Below, one piece after another: positions 10,100 to 21,447 of a stretch of 64,000 nucleotides of DNA. Position numbers and translations under genes: made by a program. A model generated the notes under the pieces. It was not told the origin of the DNA. It saw only the letters and a list, made by a program, of their open reading frames with translations, and made no database searches. Numbering within the stretch: position 1 is the first letter of the stretch; each line of letters starts with the position of its first letter. This DNA comes from Planctomycetota bacterium (GTDB lineage: Bacteria > Planctomycetota > B15-G4). The stretch is from assembly GCA_038212275.1 (NCBI GenBank), contig JBBQUR010000002.1, positions 64,001 to 128,000 of the forward strand, given 5' to 3'.

Positions 10100-12099
10100 G
10101 GCAGCGTGAACTCCACGTTCGTGGCGGGGACGGAGGCGCTCTCCAGGCTCAGGGTGACGCGCTGGCCGGGTGCGCCGGCGAGCACCCAGCGCAGCGTTTC
10201 GCGCCCGCCGCCGCCGTCGAGCCGGTCGATGAAGACGTGGCTCTCGCCGTGCAGGCGCGTGGCGCCGTCGGGCAGCCCCAGCGTCACGTGCAGCGGTCGC
10301 GAAAGCCGCGCAAGCGCCGCGAGCCGCGACAGCGTCGGCAGCACGCCGCGGTTGACGACGGAGACCTCCACGTTGGCCACGCCGCCCGAACCCGTCACCT
10401 TCAGGTCCTCGAAGGCGACGCGCGGCAGGCAGTCGAGCAGCGTCAGCGCGTAGGGCGCGAGCAACGCGGAGAGCGCGTCCACGTCGGCGCTGCTTGCGGC
10501 GAAGAGCGTGCCCGGCGCGAGGCCGCCCAGCTGCACCGGCCCGAGCGCGTCGTGCTGGAAGGCATGCCACGGGACAAAGCCGGCGCCGTCACGCTCGGCA
10601 TCGAGCCACGCCAGGACGGCCGCCGGCGCGGGACTGTCCGCGTCGCTCGTCGGCTTGTCGTCGTCCTTCGACTTGTCGTCATCCTTTGACTTCTCGTCGT
10701 CCTTCGGCTTGTCGTCAGCCTTTGACTTCTCGTCGTCCTTCGGCTTGTCGTCAGCTTTCGATTTCTCGCCAGCATTCGGCGGCTCGTCAGCCTGAGGTTT
10801 CACATCGTCCTTCGGTTTCTCGTCGGCCTTCGGCATGTCTTCAGCATTCGCCTTGCCTTCAGACTTCGGCTTGTCGGCCTTGGGAAGTTCCGTCGGCGGG
10901 CTCCAGGTCTTCAGCGCGAGCGGCCAGCGGCCGGCCTGGTGATAGGCCCATGCGAGGAAGCTGCCGCCGGTCAGGCCGTCGCCCTTCACCGCGTGCTCGT
11001 GCTCCTGCGACTTGCCCAGCGCGACGAGGCGCCGCTGCAGCTCCTTGAGGCTGGCGACATCGTCAGCGTGCACGCCGTCGAGGGCCGCGCTGAAGTTGCC
11101 GTCGGCGGGCGCGTTGCCGGCGGCCTTGGGCAGCGCGACGAGCGTGTCCTGCGCGCCCAGCACGAAGACGGCCTGCAGTCGCGGATGATTCAGCACGAAG
11201 TCCGCGAGCGCGCGCGACTCCGGCTCGCTCAGCGGATAGCGGCCGGCGTCCGGCGCGAACTCGCGCCATCCCTGCGGGAAATTGCCGTCGGGCTGCACGC
11301 CTTCGGTGCCGTCCTCGTTCTCGTCGCCGTCGCCGTCGTCGTCGCGGCCCTCGAGCAGCAGGCGGTGCGTGCCGCGCTCGCCGCGCTCGGTGCGCGCCTT
11401 GCGCAGCGCGCGCGGGTCGTGCTCGTCGAAGACCCACGGGCCCTTGCCGTCCGGCACGGCCATCCACGTGATGAGGCCGTCACCGTCGAGGTCCTCGGGG
11501 CCGTCCTCGTCCTGCCGGCCGTCGCGGTCGCGATCATCGGGCCGCCCGTTGCCGGCCTGCTCGCGCCGCACGACGGCATCGCCTCCCGCTGCGGCGCCGT
11601 ACGTCAGCAGCTCCGCGCCGTCGGGATTTGCTCTCGGTACGATGACCACGGCGGCGTCGCCGAGCCGCTCGTGCAGGTCGCCGGTCGCGTCCGCGAGCAG
11701 CGCTTCCGCCACGCCGAGCAGCACGTTGGCGTCCGTCGCGCGCCGGCCGTCGAGACCGCCGACGAACAGCAGCCCCTGGCGGTCGCGCAGCGGCGCGTCG
11801 CCCGCCCCGATGACGAGCGCGAGCACCGGCCGACCGCCGAGCGTGATGCCCAGCGTGTCCACGCGTGCGAGCTCCGCGTGTGCATCGGCCAGCGCGGCCA
11901 GCCTTGCGCCCACGGCGTCCGCGTCGAGCCATGCCGCAGGCACTGAAGTTTTTTCCGGAGCGGCCGGCGCAGGCGCGGACACCGCGGCGATCGCTTCCGC
12001 CGGAGGCGCATCGGCAGGCGCCGTGCCGGCATCCTGAGCCGGGATTTCCGCGCACATCAGGGACAAGGCGGCGCAAACCGCCAGCACTCTGCTGCTCAC
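10096..12099 (-). CDS. Secreted M14-fold paralog lacking canonical zinc ligands, with K/D-rich insertion
   Basis: LGITLGGR, FVGGLDGRR (in place of HxxE), ANPDG, DGNFP, YPLSEPES. Collinear with the downstream M14 gene; GTG start with GGGAG RBS. Confidence 0.75.
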   Translation of the reverse strand: MSSRVLAVCAALSLMCAEIPAQDAGTAPADAPPAEAIAAVSAPAPAAPEKTSVPAAWLDADAVGARLAALADAHAELARVDTLGITLGGRPVLALVIGAGDAPLRDRQGLLFVGGLDGRRATDANVLLGVAEALLADATGDLHERLGDAAVVIVPRANPDGAELLTYGAAAGGDAVVRREQAGNGRPDDRDRDGRQDEDGPEDLDGDGLITWMAVPDGKGPWVFDEHDPRALRKARTERGERGTHRLLLEGRDDDGDGDENEDGTEGVQPDGNFPQGWREFAPDAGRYPLSEPESRALADFVLNHPRLQAVFVLGAQDTLVALPKAAGNAPADGNFSAALDGVHADDVASLKELQRRLVALGKSQEHEHAVKGDGLTGGSFLAWAYHQAGRWPLALKTWSPPTELPKADKPKSEGKANAEDMPKADEKPKDDVKPQADEPPNAGEKSKADDKPKDDEKSKADDKPKDDEKSKDDDKSKDDDKPTSDADSPAPAAVLAWLDAERDGAGFVPWHAFQHDALGPVQLGGLAPGTLFAASSADVDALSALLAPYALTLLDCLPRVAFEDLKVTGSGGVANVEVSVVNRGVLPTLSRLAALARLSRPLHVTLGLPDGATRLHGESHVFIDRLDGGGGRETLRWVLAGAPGQRVTLSLESASVPATNVEFTLP

Positions 12100-12206
12100 G
12101 AGCGGTGATCTCCCGGGATTGCAGTGCGGCCAACGACCACTGGATGCCGATGGATGGGCGCGGCATCCTACTGCCCCCTCACGCCCGGCCGCCATCGCAG
12201 ATCGAC

Positions 12207-14369
12207 ATGAACACCCACATCCCCACGCTTCCCCCGGATCACCAGGACGTCCCCGAGCCGCTCGGCCGGCTCCTCGACCTGGCCTACAACCTCTGGTGGA
12301 CCTGGCACCGCGAGGTGCGCGCGCTGTTCGAGCGCATCGACCCCAATCTCTGGTCGCGCTACCGCAGCCCGGTGCGCGTGCTGCTGCTGGCGCGACGCGC
12401 GCGCCTCGCGGAACTCGCCACCGATGAGTCGTTCCTCGCAGAGCTGCGCTCCGTGCTCGCGCTGTTCGATGCCGACACGGCCGGCCCCGCCGATCGCAGC
12501 CAGCCGGTGGCGTACGTCTCGGCCGAGTACGCGCTGCACGAATCGCTGCCCATCTACTCCGGCGGCCTCGGCGTGCTCTCCGGCGACCATCTCAAGGAAG
12601 CGGCGGACATGGGCCTGCCCTTCCTCGGCGTGGGCCTGTTCTACCGCCGCGGCTACTTCCACCAGAACGTGGACGCGGACGGCTGGCAGCAGCACAACTA
12701 CCCGGACCTCGACGCGATGCGCCTGCCGATGCTGCGCGTGCGCGGCCCGGACGGCGACACGCTGCGCGTCAACATCGAGCTGGGCGATCGCAACATCTCG
12801 CTGCGCGCCTGGTGCGCCTTCGTCGGGCACGTGCCGCTGCTCCTGCTCGACAGCTTCACAACGCACAACCCGCCCGAAGACCGCTTCATCACCAGCCAGC
12901 TCTACGTGCGCGGCCGCGACATGCGTCTCGAGCAGGAGCTGGTGCTGGGTCGCGGCGCCGTCGCGGTGCTCTCGGCGCTGGGCATCCGCCCGCGCGTCTG
13001 GCACATGAACGAGGGGCACTCGGCCTTCCTCGCGCTGGAGAACGTGCGCCTGCGTCACGGCCTCGCACGGCTGGACACGCAGACCCCGCAGGCTCGCGAT
13101 GCGGGCAATCACACCGGTCGCGGCATCGTCAGTCTCGACGACGCCATCGCCGAGTGCCGGCCGCTGCACGTCTTCACCACGCACACGCCCGTGCCCGCCG
13201 GCAACGAGGTCTTCTCACGCGACAAGGTGCGCCCGTATCTGCAGGCCACCGCGCGCGACCTCGGCGTGGACACCGAGGCGCTGCTCGCGCTGGGCGAGGC
13301 CTCCGGCGCCGGCTTCGAGCCCGGCTTCAACCTCACGGCCCTTGCGCTGCGGCTTTCCTGCAAGGCGAATGGCGTCAGCCAGCTCCACGGCCGCGTGAGC
13401 CAGGACATGTGGCAAGGCTACAGGGTCGGCGCGATCACCAACGGCGTGCACGTGCCGACCTGGCTCGGCCGCGAGATGGCGCGCGTGCTGCACGCCGCCC
13501 ACCACGACGATCCCTTCGAGCTGGCGCGCCGCGCCGGCGAGCTGAGCGACGGCGTGCTCTGGGCCGCGCACGTCGCGCAGAAGCATCGGCTCATGCGCTT
13601 CGTGCGCGTGCGCGCGCTGCGCCAGGCGGCGCGGCACGGTCATCCGCCCGCGATGCTGCGCCACATCGAGAACCTGCTGAATCCGTCGGCGCTGACGCTC
13701 GGCTTCGCGCGCCGCTTCGCGCCCTACAAGCGCGCGGACCTGCTGTTCTCGGACCCCGGTCGCCTCGAGCGCCTGCTCTGCAGCACGGATCGCCCCGTGC
13801 AGCTCATCATGGCCGGCAAGGCGCACCCGGCCGACCGCGCCGGCCAGGAGATCATCCGGCGCATCTTCGAGCTGACCGGCGGCGAGCGCATGCGCGGCCG
13901 CATCGTCTTCGTCGAGGACTACGACCTTGCCACGGCGCGCCTCATGGTGCGCGGCGTCGACGCGTGGCTCAACACGCCGACGTGGCCGCTCGAGGCCAGC
14001 GGCACGAGCGGCATGAAGGCCGCCGCCAACGGAGTGATCAACGTGTCGGTGCCTGACGGCTGGTGGGCCGAGGGCTACGCGCCAGGACTCGGCTACGCCA
14101 TCGGCGAACAGCGCGCGCCCGACGACGGCCGCGACGCGGACCTGCTTCTCAACATCATCGAGCAGCAGCTCGTGCCGCAGTTCTACGAGCGCGGACCCGA
14201 GGGACTGCCGCGCCGCTGGACCGCGATGATGCGCGCGTCGATGGTCGCGTTCCTCGGACGCTTCTCGACGCGACGCATGCTGCGCGACTACTGCCGCGAG
14301 ATGTACGAGCTGCCCGAGCACTCCGACGCGCTCGCAGCGCCGCGCAGCGTGCAACCCGCCGCGCGCTGA
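12207..14369 (+). CDS. glgP: Alpha-glucan (glycogen) phosphorylase
   Basis: LAYNLWW, YSGGLGVLSGDHLK, HMNEGH, FTTHTPVPAGNE, ARRFAPYKR, AGKAHPAD, EASGTSGMKAAANG (PLP lysine). Confidence 0.95.
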   Translation: MNTHIPTLPPDHQDVPEPLGRLLDLAYNLWWTWHREVRALFERIDPNLWSRYRSPVRVLLLARRARLAELATDESFLAELRSVLALFDADTAGPADRSQPVAYVSAEYALHESLPIYSGGLGVLSGDHLKEAADMGLPFLGVGLFYRRGYFHQNVDADGWQQHNYPDLDAMRLPMLRVRGPDGDTLRVNIELGDRNISLRAWCAFVGHVPLLLLDSFTTHNPPEDRFITSQLYVRGRDMRLEQELVLGRGAVAVLSALGIRPRVWHMNEGHSAFLALENVRLRHGLARLDTQTPQARDAGNHTGRGIVSLDDAIAECRPLHVFTTHTPVPAGNEVFSRDKVRPYLQATARDLGVDTEALLALGEASGAGFEPGFNLTALALRLSCKANGVSQLHGRVSQDMWQGYRVGAITNGVHVPTWLGREMARVLHAAHHDDPFELARRAGELSDGVLWAAHVAQKHRLMRFVRVRALRQAARHGHPPAMLRHIENLLNPSALTLGFARRFAPYKRADLLFSDPGRLERLLCSTDRPVQLIMAGKAHPADRAGQEIIRRIFELTGGERMRGRIVFVEDYDLATARLMVRGVDAWLNTPTWPLEASGTSGMKAAANGVINVSVPDGWWAEGYAPGLGYAIGEQRAPDDGRDADLLLNIIEQQLVPQFYERGPEGLPRRWTAMMRASMVAFLGRFSTRRMLRDYCREMYELPEHSDALAAPRSVQPAAR

Positions 14370-14481
14370 GCGTCTCGCGCAGAGTGCCGCGCGCATGCAC
14401 ATCGCTGCATGCCACGTGTTGCGCCGTTAGTCGCGCGACTCGTCGTCGTCTTCACGCTGCCGGCTCCCCGAGACGGTGCGG

Positions 14482-14919
14482 ATGGGAAGCGGAGAGGACG
14501 CATTGCTCGATGCTCGTTTCCGCCGGATCTGGGACTCGGCGCGCTTGCCCGAGCCAGCCCGGTTCGACTGCGCGAACGACGCGCACGTCGAGGAGCTGGC
14601 CTGCCTGCTGCTCGAGCGATTCCGCAATCACGGTGACGCCGAGGCCTTCGCGCTCCTCTTCCAGTTGACCGGTCCGAGGCTCGAACGCATCGCACGACGC
14701 CTGCTCGACCGACACGCCCGGGCGCTGCAGGCCCCCGACGTCGTGGAGGCCTTCAAGCGCCAGATCTTCCTGCACGGTCCGGAGTCGCCGGTCCGGCTGA
14801 TCGGCAGCTTCCTGGCCCTGGCCCGCAGTCACATGGAGCATCGCCTGCGGATGCCGTCGCAACCCCCGAGACCACCCCGCCCCCCAGGACGCCCCCACGG
14901 AGATCGCCACCGGACCTGA
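14482..14919 (+). CDS. Sigma region-2-only protein, paralog of the two downstream ECF-like sigma factors
   Basis: FDCANDAHVEELACLLLERFRNHGDAEAFALLFQLT aligns by eye with the N-termini of 15170-16819 and 17695-18516; no region-4 HTH. Confidence 0.65.
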   Translation: MGSGEDALLDARFRRIWDSARLPEPARFDCANDAHVEELACLLLERFRNHGDAEAFALLFQLTGPRLERIARRLLDRHARALQAPDVVEAFKRQIFLHGPESPVRLIGSFLALARSHMEHRLRMPSQPPRPPRPPGRPHGDRHRT

Positions 14920-14992
14920 GACCTCCTCCCCGAGTCGCCGCCGCGCGTTGCGCCTTGTGTCGGCGCACGCAGACAACGGCTCGCCGCTGCAC

Positions 14993-15108
14993 TTATCCAC
15001 AATTCGACGGCGGCCGAACCTGCCCGAAAACCACATCCACTGGAGCCTTCGCGGGTCATATGCACCGCGGGGTTGGATAGTTCTCCATTCCGGGGTTACT
15101 TTTCCACA
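14993..15108 (+). promoter_or_regulatory. DnaA-box-like motifs in a lower-GC intergenic region
   Basis: Perfect TTATCCACA at 14993-15001 and one-mismatch TTTTCCACA at 15100-15108. Confidence 0.35.
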
Positions 15109-15169
15109 GGCACGTCGTCGTGTCACCAGCACCCGTGGACCAGCGGGTGCCTGTCTCCTGAGGGAGGAG

Positions 15170-16819
15170 ATGGAGGGCAGGTTCTTGGACGTCAGTCATT
15201 TCTCAGCGCGCTTGATTGCCATGCCGGGAGCGGCATGTCTCGAGCACCTGGGGCCATTCGACCCGCGCGAGGACGCGCATGTGGACGAGGCCGCGCGATT
15301 CCTGCTGGATCGCTTCCGGCAGCACAGCGACTTGGAGGCCTTCACGCTCCTTTTCGAGCTGACCCACTCCAGGCTGGCCAGTTCGGCGGATCGCATCACC
15401 CGCAAGCTGGCCCCCGCGGTGCAGGCGGACGACCTGGCGGCGGCCTTCATGGCCCGCCTCTTCGCCGACGTCCGGCACAAGTCCAGCGAGCCGGTGCGCC
15501 ACTTCCTCGCGCTGGCCCACACGTCGATGCGGAACGACCTGCTCGACCAGCTCCGGCAGCACAAGCGCGCCGCTGCCAACGGCCGCGGCTACCACTCCAC
15601 GCTCCGCGCCCCGGCCGATCCAGCCGAAGAGCTCGCCTCGATGGAGGAGGAGCACCTGCTCCTCGGGTTCGGACGCGCGGTCCTCAGGCTCACGGCCGAG
15701 TGCTTCCAGGAGCTCGACCCGCGCGATCAGCAGGTGCTCGTGGCGCGCGAGATCGTGCGCCTGCCGTATGACCGCGTGGCCAGCATGCTCCAGCTTTCTA
15801 CTGATCAAGTGGGCATGATCATTCGCAGAGCGCGCATGCACCTGGTCAATCGCATCGTAGCCCGCATGCCCGAGGCGGCAGCCAGCGCGGACGTGCCCTT
15901 CGACGCCGGTCAGCTCCAGTCGCTGCGCGACATGGTGGTCAGCAATCTGGGCAGCAAGGAAAGCACGCGGCACGTGCAGGCGCTCATGCAGCGCATGCTC
16001 GACCTTTCCGCGGAGGCCGGCCGCCGCAAGCTGGCCGACCTGATCTACGAAATGGCCAAGGCCTGCCTCGTGGTGGCTCCGGGCTTCACCACCCGCACGC
16101 TGATCGCCGCCGAACCGCGCCGCAGCGGCGTGGTGGGAGGCGACCTGCGCCAGATGGCAAGCCGGCTGGCGGGCGTGGCCGGTGCACCCGACGTCGCGCG
16201 CCTCGCCGACACGCAGCCCGAACCCGGCACCGCGCTCGACGACGCGCACGCCTGCCTCACCAAGCTGGCCGAGATCGAGGGCACGTCGGGCCGGCAGCAG
16301 GTCGCACTGGCCCTCGCACACATCCACGGCGGCAAGCCGACCGACGCGGAAGGCATCCTGCGCCCGCTGCTCGATCGCGAACTTCCGGCCCGCACGCGCC
16401 AGAACGTCTCGCGCAACCTCACGCTGGCCCTGCTGCGCCAGAACCGGCACGCCGACGCGCTGGCCACCGCGGAAAGCGCTGCCAGCGAATGGCCTGAAGA
16501 TCCGGTGCGCGTAATGAACCTCTGCTACGCCTCTGCCCGCCTGGGCGATGCGTCGCGCTTTGCCCGGTACGCGGCCGACCTCACGACGTTGTACCGGCAC
16601 ACCCCCAGCGATCGTGTGCGCGCCTGGCTCGACACCGAGTTGCCGAGCCTCGCCGCCGAGGTGGGCCTCAGCCACCTGCTTCCCGACGTGCCCTCGCCGG
16701 TCCCGCCCGAGGCGGAACCGCCCGAGACAGAGACGTTCCGCGCCGCCTTCACCACGGCGCGCTCGTCCGCAGCCTCCTCAGCCACCGTCCTGCCCGATCC
16801 CGGTCACAGGGACCTCTGA
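15170..16819 (+). CDS. ECF-like sigma-70 factor with long C-terminal helical/TPR-like extension
   Basis: Region 2: EAFTLLF..ADDLAAAF..FLALAHTSMRNDLLDQLR. Region 4: ELDPRDQQVLVAREIVRLPYDRVASMLQLSTDQVGMIIRRAR. TPR-like RNLTLALLRQNRHADALATAESA..WPED near the C-terminus. Confidence 0.75.
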   Translation: MEGRFLDVSHFSARLIAMPGAACLEHLGPFDPREDAHVDEAARFLLDRFRQHSDLEAFTLLFELTHSRLASSADRITRKLAPAVQADDLAAAFMARLFADVRHKSSEPVRHFLALAHTSMRNDLLDQLRQHKRAAANGRGYHSTLRAPADPAEELASMEEEHLLLGFGRAVLRLTAECFQELDPRDQQVLVAREIVRLPYDRVASMLQLSTDQVGMIIRRARMHLVNRIVARMPEAAASADVPFDAGQLQSLRDMVVSNLGSKESTRHVQALMQRMLDLSAEAGRRKLADLIYEMAKACLVVAPGFTTRTLIAAEPRRSGVVGGDLRQMASRLAGVAGAPDVARLADTQPEPGTALDDAHACLTKLAEIEGTSGRQQVALALAHIHGGKPTDAEGILRPLLDRELPARTRQNVSRNLTLALLRQNRHADALATAESAASEWPEDPVRVMNLCYASARLGDASRFARYAADLTTLYRHTPSDRVRAWLDTELPSLAAEVGLSHLLPDVPSPVPPEAEPPETETFRAAFTTARSSAASSATVLPDPGHRDL

Positions 16820-16820
16820 C

Positions 16821-17465
16821 ATGAAGCCCTCATCCAAGCACCTGCTGAGCCGTACCGCACTCGCCTTGCTCACACTGTTGGGCGGCGCACCTTCGGCCTC
16901 GCTGTCCGCGATGGCTGGCGTGTCCGAACGGCCCGGCCGCCCGGCGCAGCTCGGCAACGACGGCGTCGGCGGCATCGAGAAGACCGGCGGCGTCGGCCCC
17001 GCGGGCAGCGGCCCCGGGGGCAAGGTCGGCCCCGGCGGCACCGGTGGTTTCCTCCCCGGCGGCCCTGTCGGTTCGACCAGCTCGGCCAGCCCCTCGGCCT
17101 GGCACGACCTTGGCGAAGCCCTCGGCACCACGGCCGTGCTCCCCACACTCGAGGGTTCGGGCACCGGCGAGGCGGGGACGCTGGTGGTCCTGTCGCTCTC
17201 CGACGCCAGGCCCGGCGCGGTAGCTGCCCTGGTCATCGGAATCTCCACGCTGAACGCCCCGTTCAAGGGCGGGACGCTGGTTCCCACGCCGATGCTCATC
17301 ATTCCCGGCCTGCCGGTGAACGGCGCGGGGACGCTCGATCTTCCCGCATTGCTCCCCGCGTCGGTGCCGTCGGGCCTCTCGCTCTGCATGCAGATGTGGA
17401 TGACCGACACGTCGGCCGCGAAGGGTTTTGCGGCAAGCAACGCGCTGGAGCTGCTCGTCCCCTGA
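16821..17465 (+). CDS. Small secreted protein: signal peptide + Gly-rich linker + 'PFKGG' C-terminal domain
   Basis: MKPSSKHLLSRTALALLTLLGG; starts 2 nt after the sigma gene stop; domain at 17097-17465. Confidence 0.8.
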   Translation: MKPSSKHLLSRTALALLTLLGGAPSASLSAMAGVSERPGRPAQLGNDGVGGIEKTGGVGPAGSGPGGKVGPGGTGGFLPGGPVGSTSSASPSAWHDLGEALGTTAVLPTLEGSGTGEAGTLVVLSLSDARPGAVAALVIGISTLNAPFKGGTLVPTPMLIIPGLPVNGAGTLDLPALLPASVPSGLSLCMQMWMTDTSAAKGFAASNALELLVP

Positions 17466-18428
17466 GCCCTCCCCTGAGCCCTCCCCGGAGCCCTCCCCTG
17501 ACCGGCCCCTAGACCGAAGCCGGCACCGAGGCCGGCACCGAAGCGGGCAAGCCTGCGCGGCGTCGGGTCAGCTCGGTGGCGTCGGTGCTCGCCCGACACG
17601 GGTGCCGGTCGGTAAGCTCCCTCACGGGCAGTTCGGACGCAGGGCGGTCAGGCGCACGGGAGCGCCCCGGCCGTCGGCGGAAGATGAGCAGGGAGTGCGC
17701 TTGGACAAGCCGGCGGACGACACCGACTTCCTCGTGCGCAACATCCGGCGCGTCTGCGGGCAGCCGGATCTCGTGCTGCCCGAGCCCTTCGATCCGCGCG
17801 ACGACCGCCACGTGGATCTCGCGGCCTGCGTGCTGCTGCACCATTTCCGCGAGCACGACAGCGCCGATGCCTTCACCGTGCTGGTGCAGCTCAGCCAGAT
17901 GCGCACGTCCGCCATCGCACGGCGCATCACCCGACAGCTCGGCCTCGCGGTGGATCCCGACGACCTCGTCGCCACTTTCTTCGCCAACCTGTTCGTGGAC
18001 CTGGTCAAGGACCAGCCGCTGGTGCACCGATTCCTCGGCTTCGCCCACACCGCGATGCGGCACGAGGCGCTCAATCAGCTCCGCCAGTTCCGGCGCGCGC
18101 AGGCCCGGCACATCATCTGGGGGCAGCGCTTCCTGGGCGGCTCGGCCGACCCGTCGACCGTCATCGCGGAGCGCGAGGAATGCGAACTGCTCGAGCGCAG
18201 CGGCACGACCTTCCTGCTCGTGGTGAATCAGTGCTTCCACGAGTTGTCCGAGCGTGACCGGCGCGTGCTGCTCGCGCGCGAAGCCGACGGCCTTTCCTAT
18301 GACGACATCGCCGTCCGGCTGGACCTGCCGCGCAACCAGGTCGGCATGATCCTGAAGCGCGCGCGCACGCGCCTGGCAGGGCGCATCGACGACAGCTTCG
18401 CGCGCCTGACCGAGGCGAGGGCCGCCGC

Positions 18429-20035
<1,607 letters not shown>

Positions 20036-20042
<7 letters not shown>

Positions 20043-21172
20043 GATCCGGCCAGCTCTCCGCTCGAGGTGCCCGTCGCGCGGCGATCGAGCGCGGCGGCCG
20101 CACGGTTGCCGACGCCAGACGCAACCGCCTCGCGTGCGCTGGCCTGGCCGTCGGACGCAAGACCTGTCCCGGCCACGTGCGGCGCGGCGTCCGCAGCCAC
20201 CAGGGCCTGCTGCAGCGGCACGAACCACTCCGGGTAGCGACGCGCCGTGAGCGCCAGCGCCGAGGACACGCGCTCCGCGCCGCGCGCACCGATGGGGCCG
20301 AGCGGCGCGCGCACGCCCGCATCGCACGCGCCGAGCTGCGAGAGCGCGGCCTTCAGCGGGACGGGATTCCTGCTGCGCTGCGGCACGGTGCGCCGTTCGC
20401 CGCGCACGGGCAGGTCTTCCTCGGTCGTGATGCTGGCGAGCCCGAAGAGCAGCGACAGGGCGTCGTGCAGCTCGCGTGCCGCCGCGGCGCGTCCCGCGCG
20501 TGCGGCGTCGTACAGCGCACGCATGGCCGCCGGCGCAAGATTCGTCGTCGAGGCGACGGCGCCGTCGGCGCGGATGTGCGGGTCGAGCAGCGCGTCGCGC
20601 AGCATGAGGTCGTCGCCGCACAGGATGGCGAAGTGCTCGCCGCACAGCTCGCGCACGCGGCCCATCCGCGCGAGCCGTCCCGTCGCGTCCTTCACGCCGA
20701 CGACGTTCGGGCAGTCCTCGGCCAGGCGCGCGAGGTCGTCGGGCAGCAGCTCGGTGCCCGTGCGCGAGGGCACGGCGCAGGGGAAGAGCCGCGACTCGGG
20801 CAGCGCGCGCGCCACGGGTTCGTGCCACTGCGTGCGCAGCGCAGAACTGCTCGCGCCGCTGTACGGAGCATCCGTGAGCAGCAGGTTCCGCACGCCGCGC
20901 GAGCAGGCCTGCCGGGCGCGTGCCAGGACGGTGGACAGCGTCCCCTCGCCGAGCGCCACCATGACCTGCTCGGGGCGCGCCACGCCGAGCACCGCGTCGA
21001 GCAGTCGCTCGCGCTCGTCGTCGTGCAGCGCGCTGCCTTCTCCCGCGATGCCGAACAGCAGCACCGCATCGCAACCGTGCGCCAGCTGGAAGCGCGCGAA
21101 CGACGCGGCAGCCGGCAGGTCCGGCGCGCCATCGCCCGCTCGAAAGGGCGTCACAAGCGCAGACACCAGCAT
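20036..21172 (-). CDS. Dihydrodipicolinate synthase (DapA) family protein with non-canonical active site
   Basis: ALVTPF, FGIAGEG, VPSRTG, NVVGVKDATG, CGDD, NPVPLKAAL; overlaps the aspartate kinase start. Confidence 0.8.
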
Positions 21173-21220
21173 GATCGTCGACTCCCGCAGGCCACCACAG
21201 CCGCGCGACACTCTATCAGC

Positions 21221-21343
21221 CGACCTCGCGGCCGTGCGAGACGGCCTCGCGGCCGTGCGAGACGACCTCGCGGCCGTGCGAGACGACCTCGCGGCCGTGC
21301 GAGACGACCTCGCGGCCGTGCGAGACGGCCTCGCGGCCGTGCG
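21221..21343. repeat. 21-bp tandem repeat, about 6 copies (CGRCCTCGCGGCCGTGCGAGA)
   Basis: Read directly; no unique spacers, so a VNTR and not a CRISPR array. Confidence 0.95.
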
Positions 21344-21447
21344 CGGCGCCGGCGCGGCTGGCGTGCCGCGACGGCGGTGGTGCAGAATGCGCCTGCTCCT
21401 CGACTCGCACCGATCCCGTGGTCGGCCGCCCTCATGAGATGCCCGCC

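Noticed and set aside
14920..15170. Possible oriC
   Set aside because: Only two good boxes, no clear AT-rich unwinding element and no replication genes nearby.
21221..21343. CRISPR array
   Set aside because: Contiguous repeats without spacers; no cas genes in the window.
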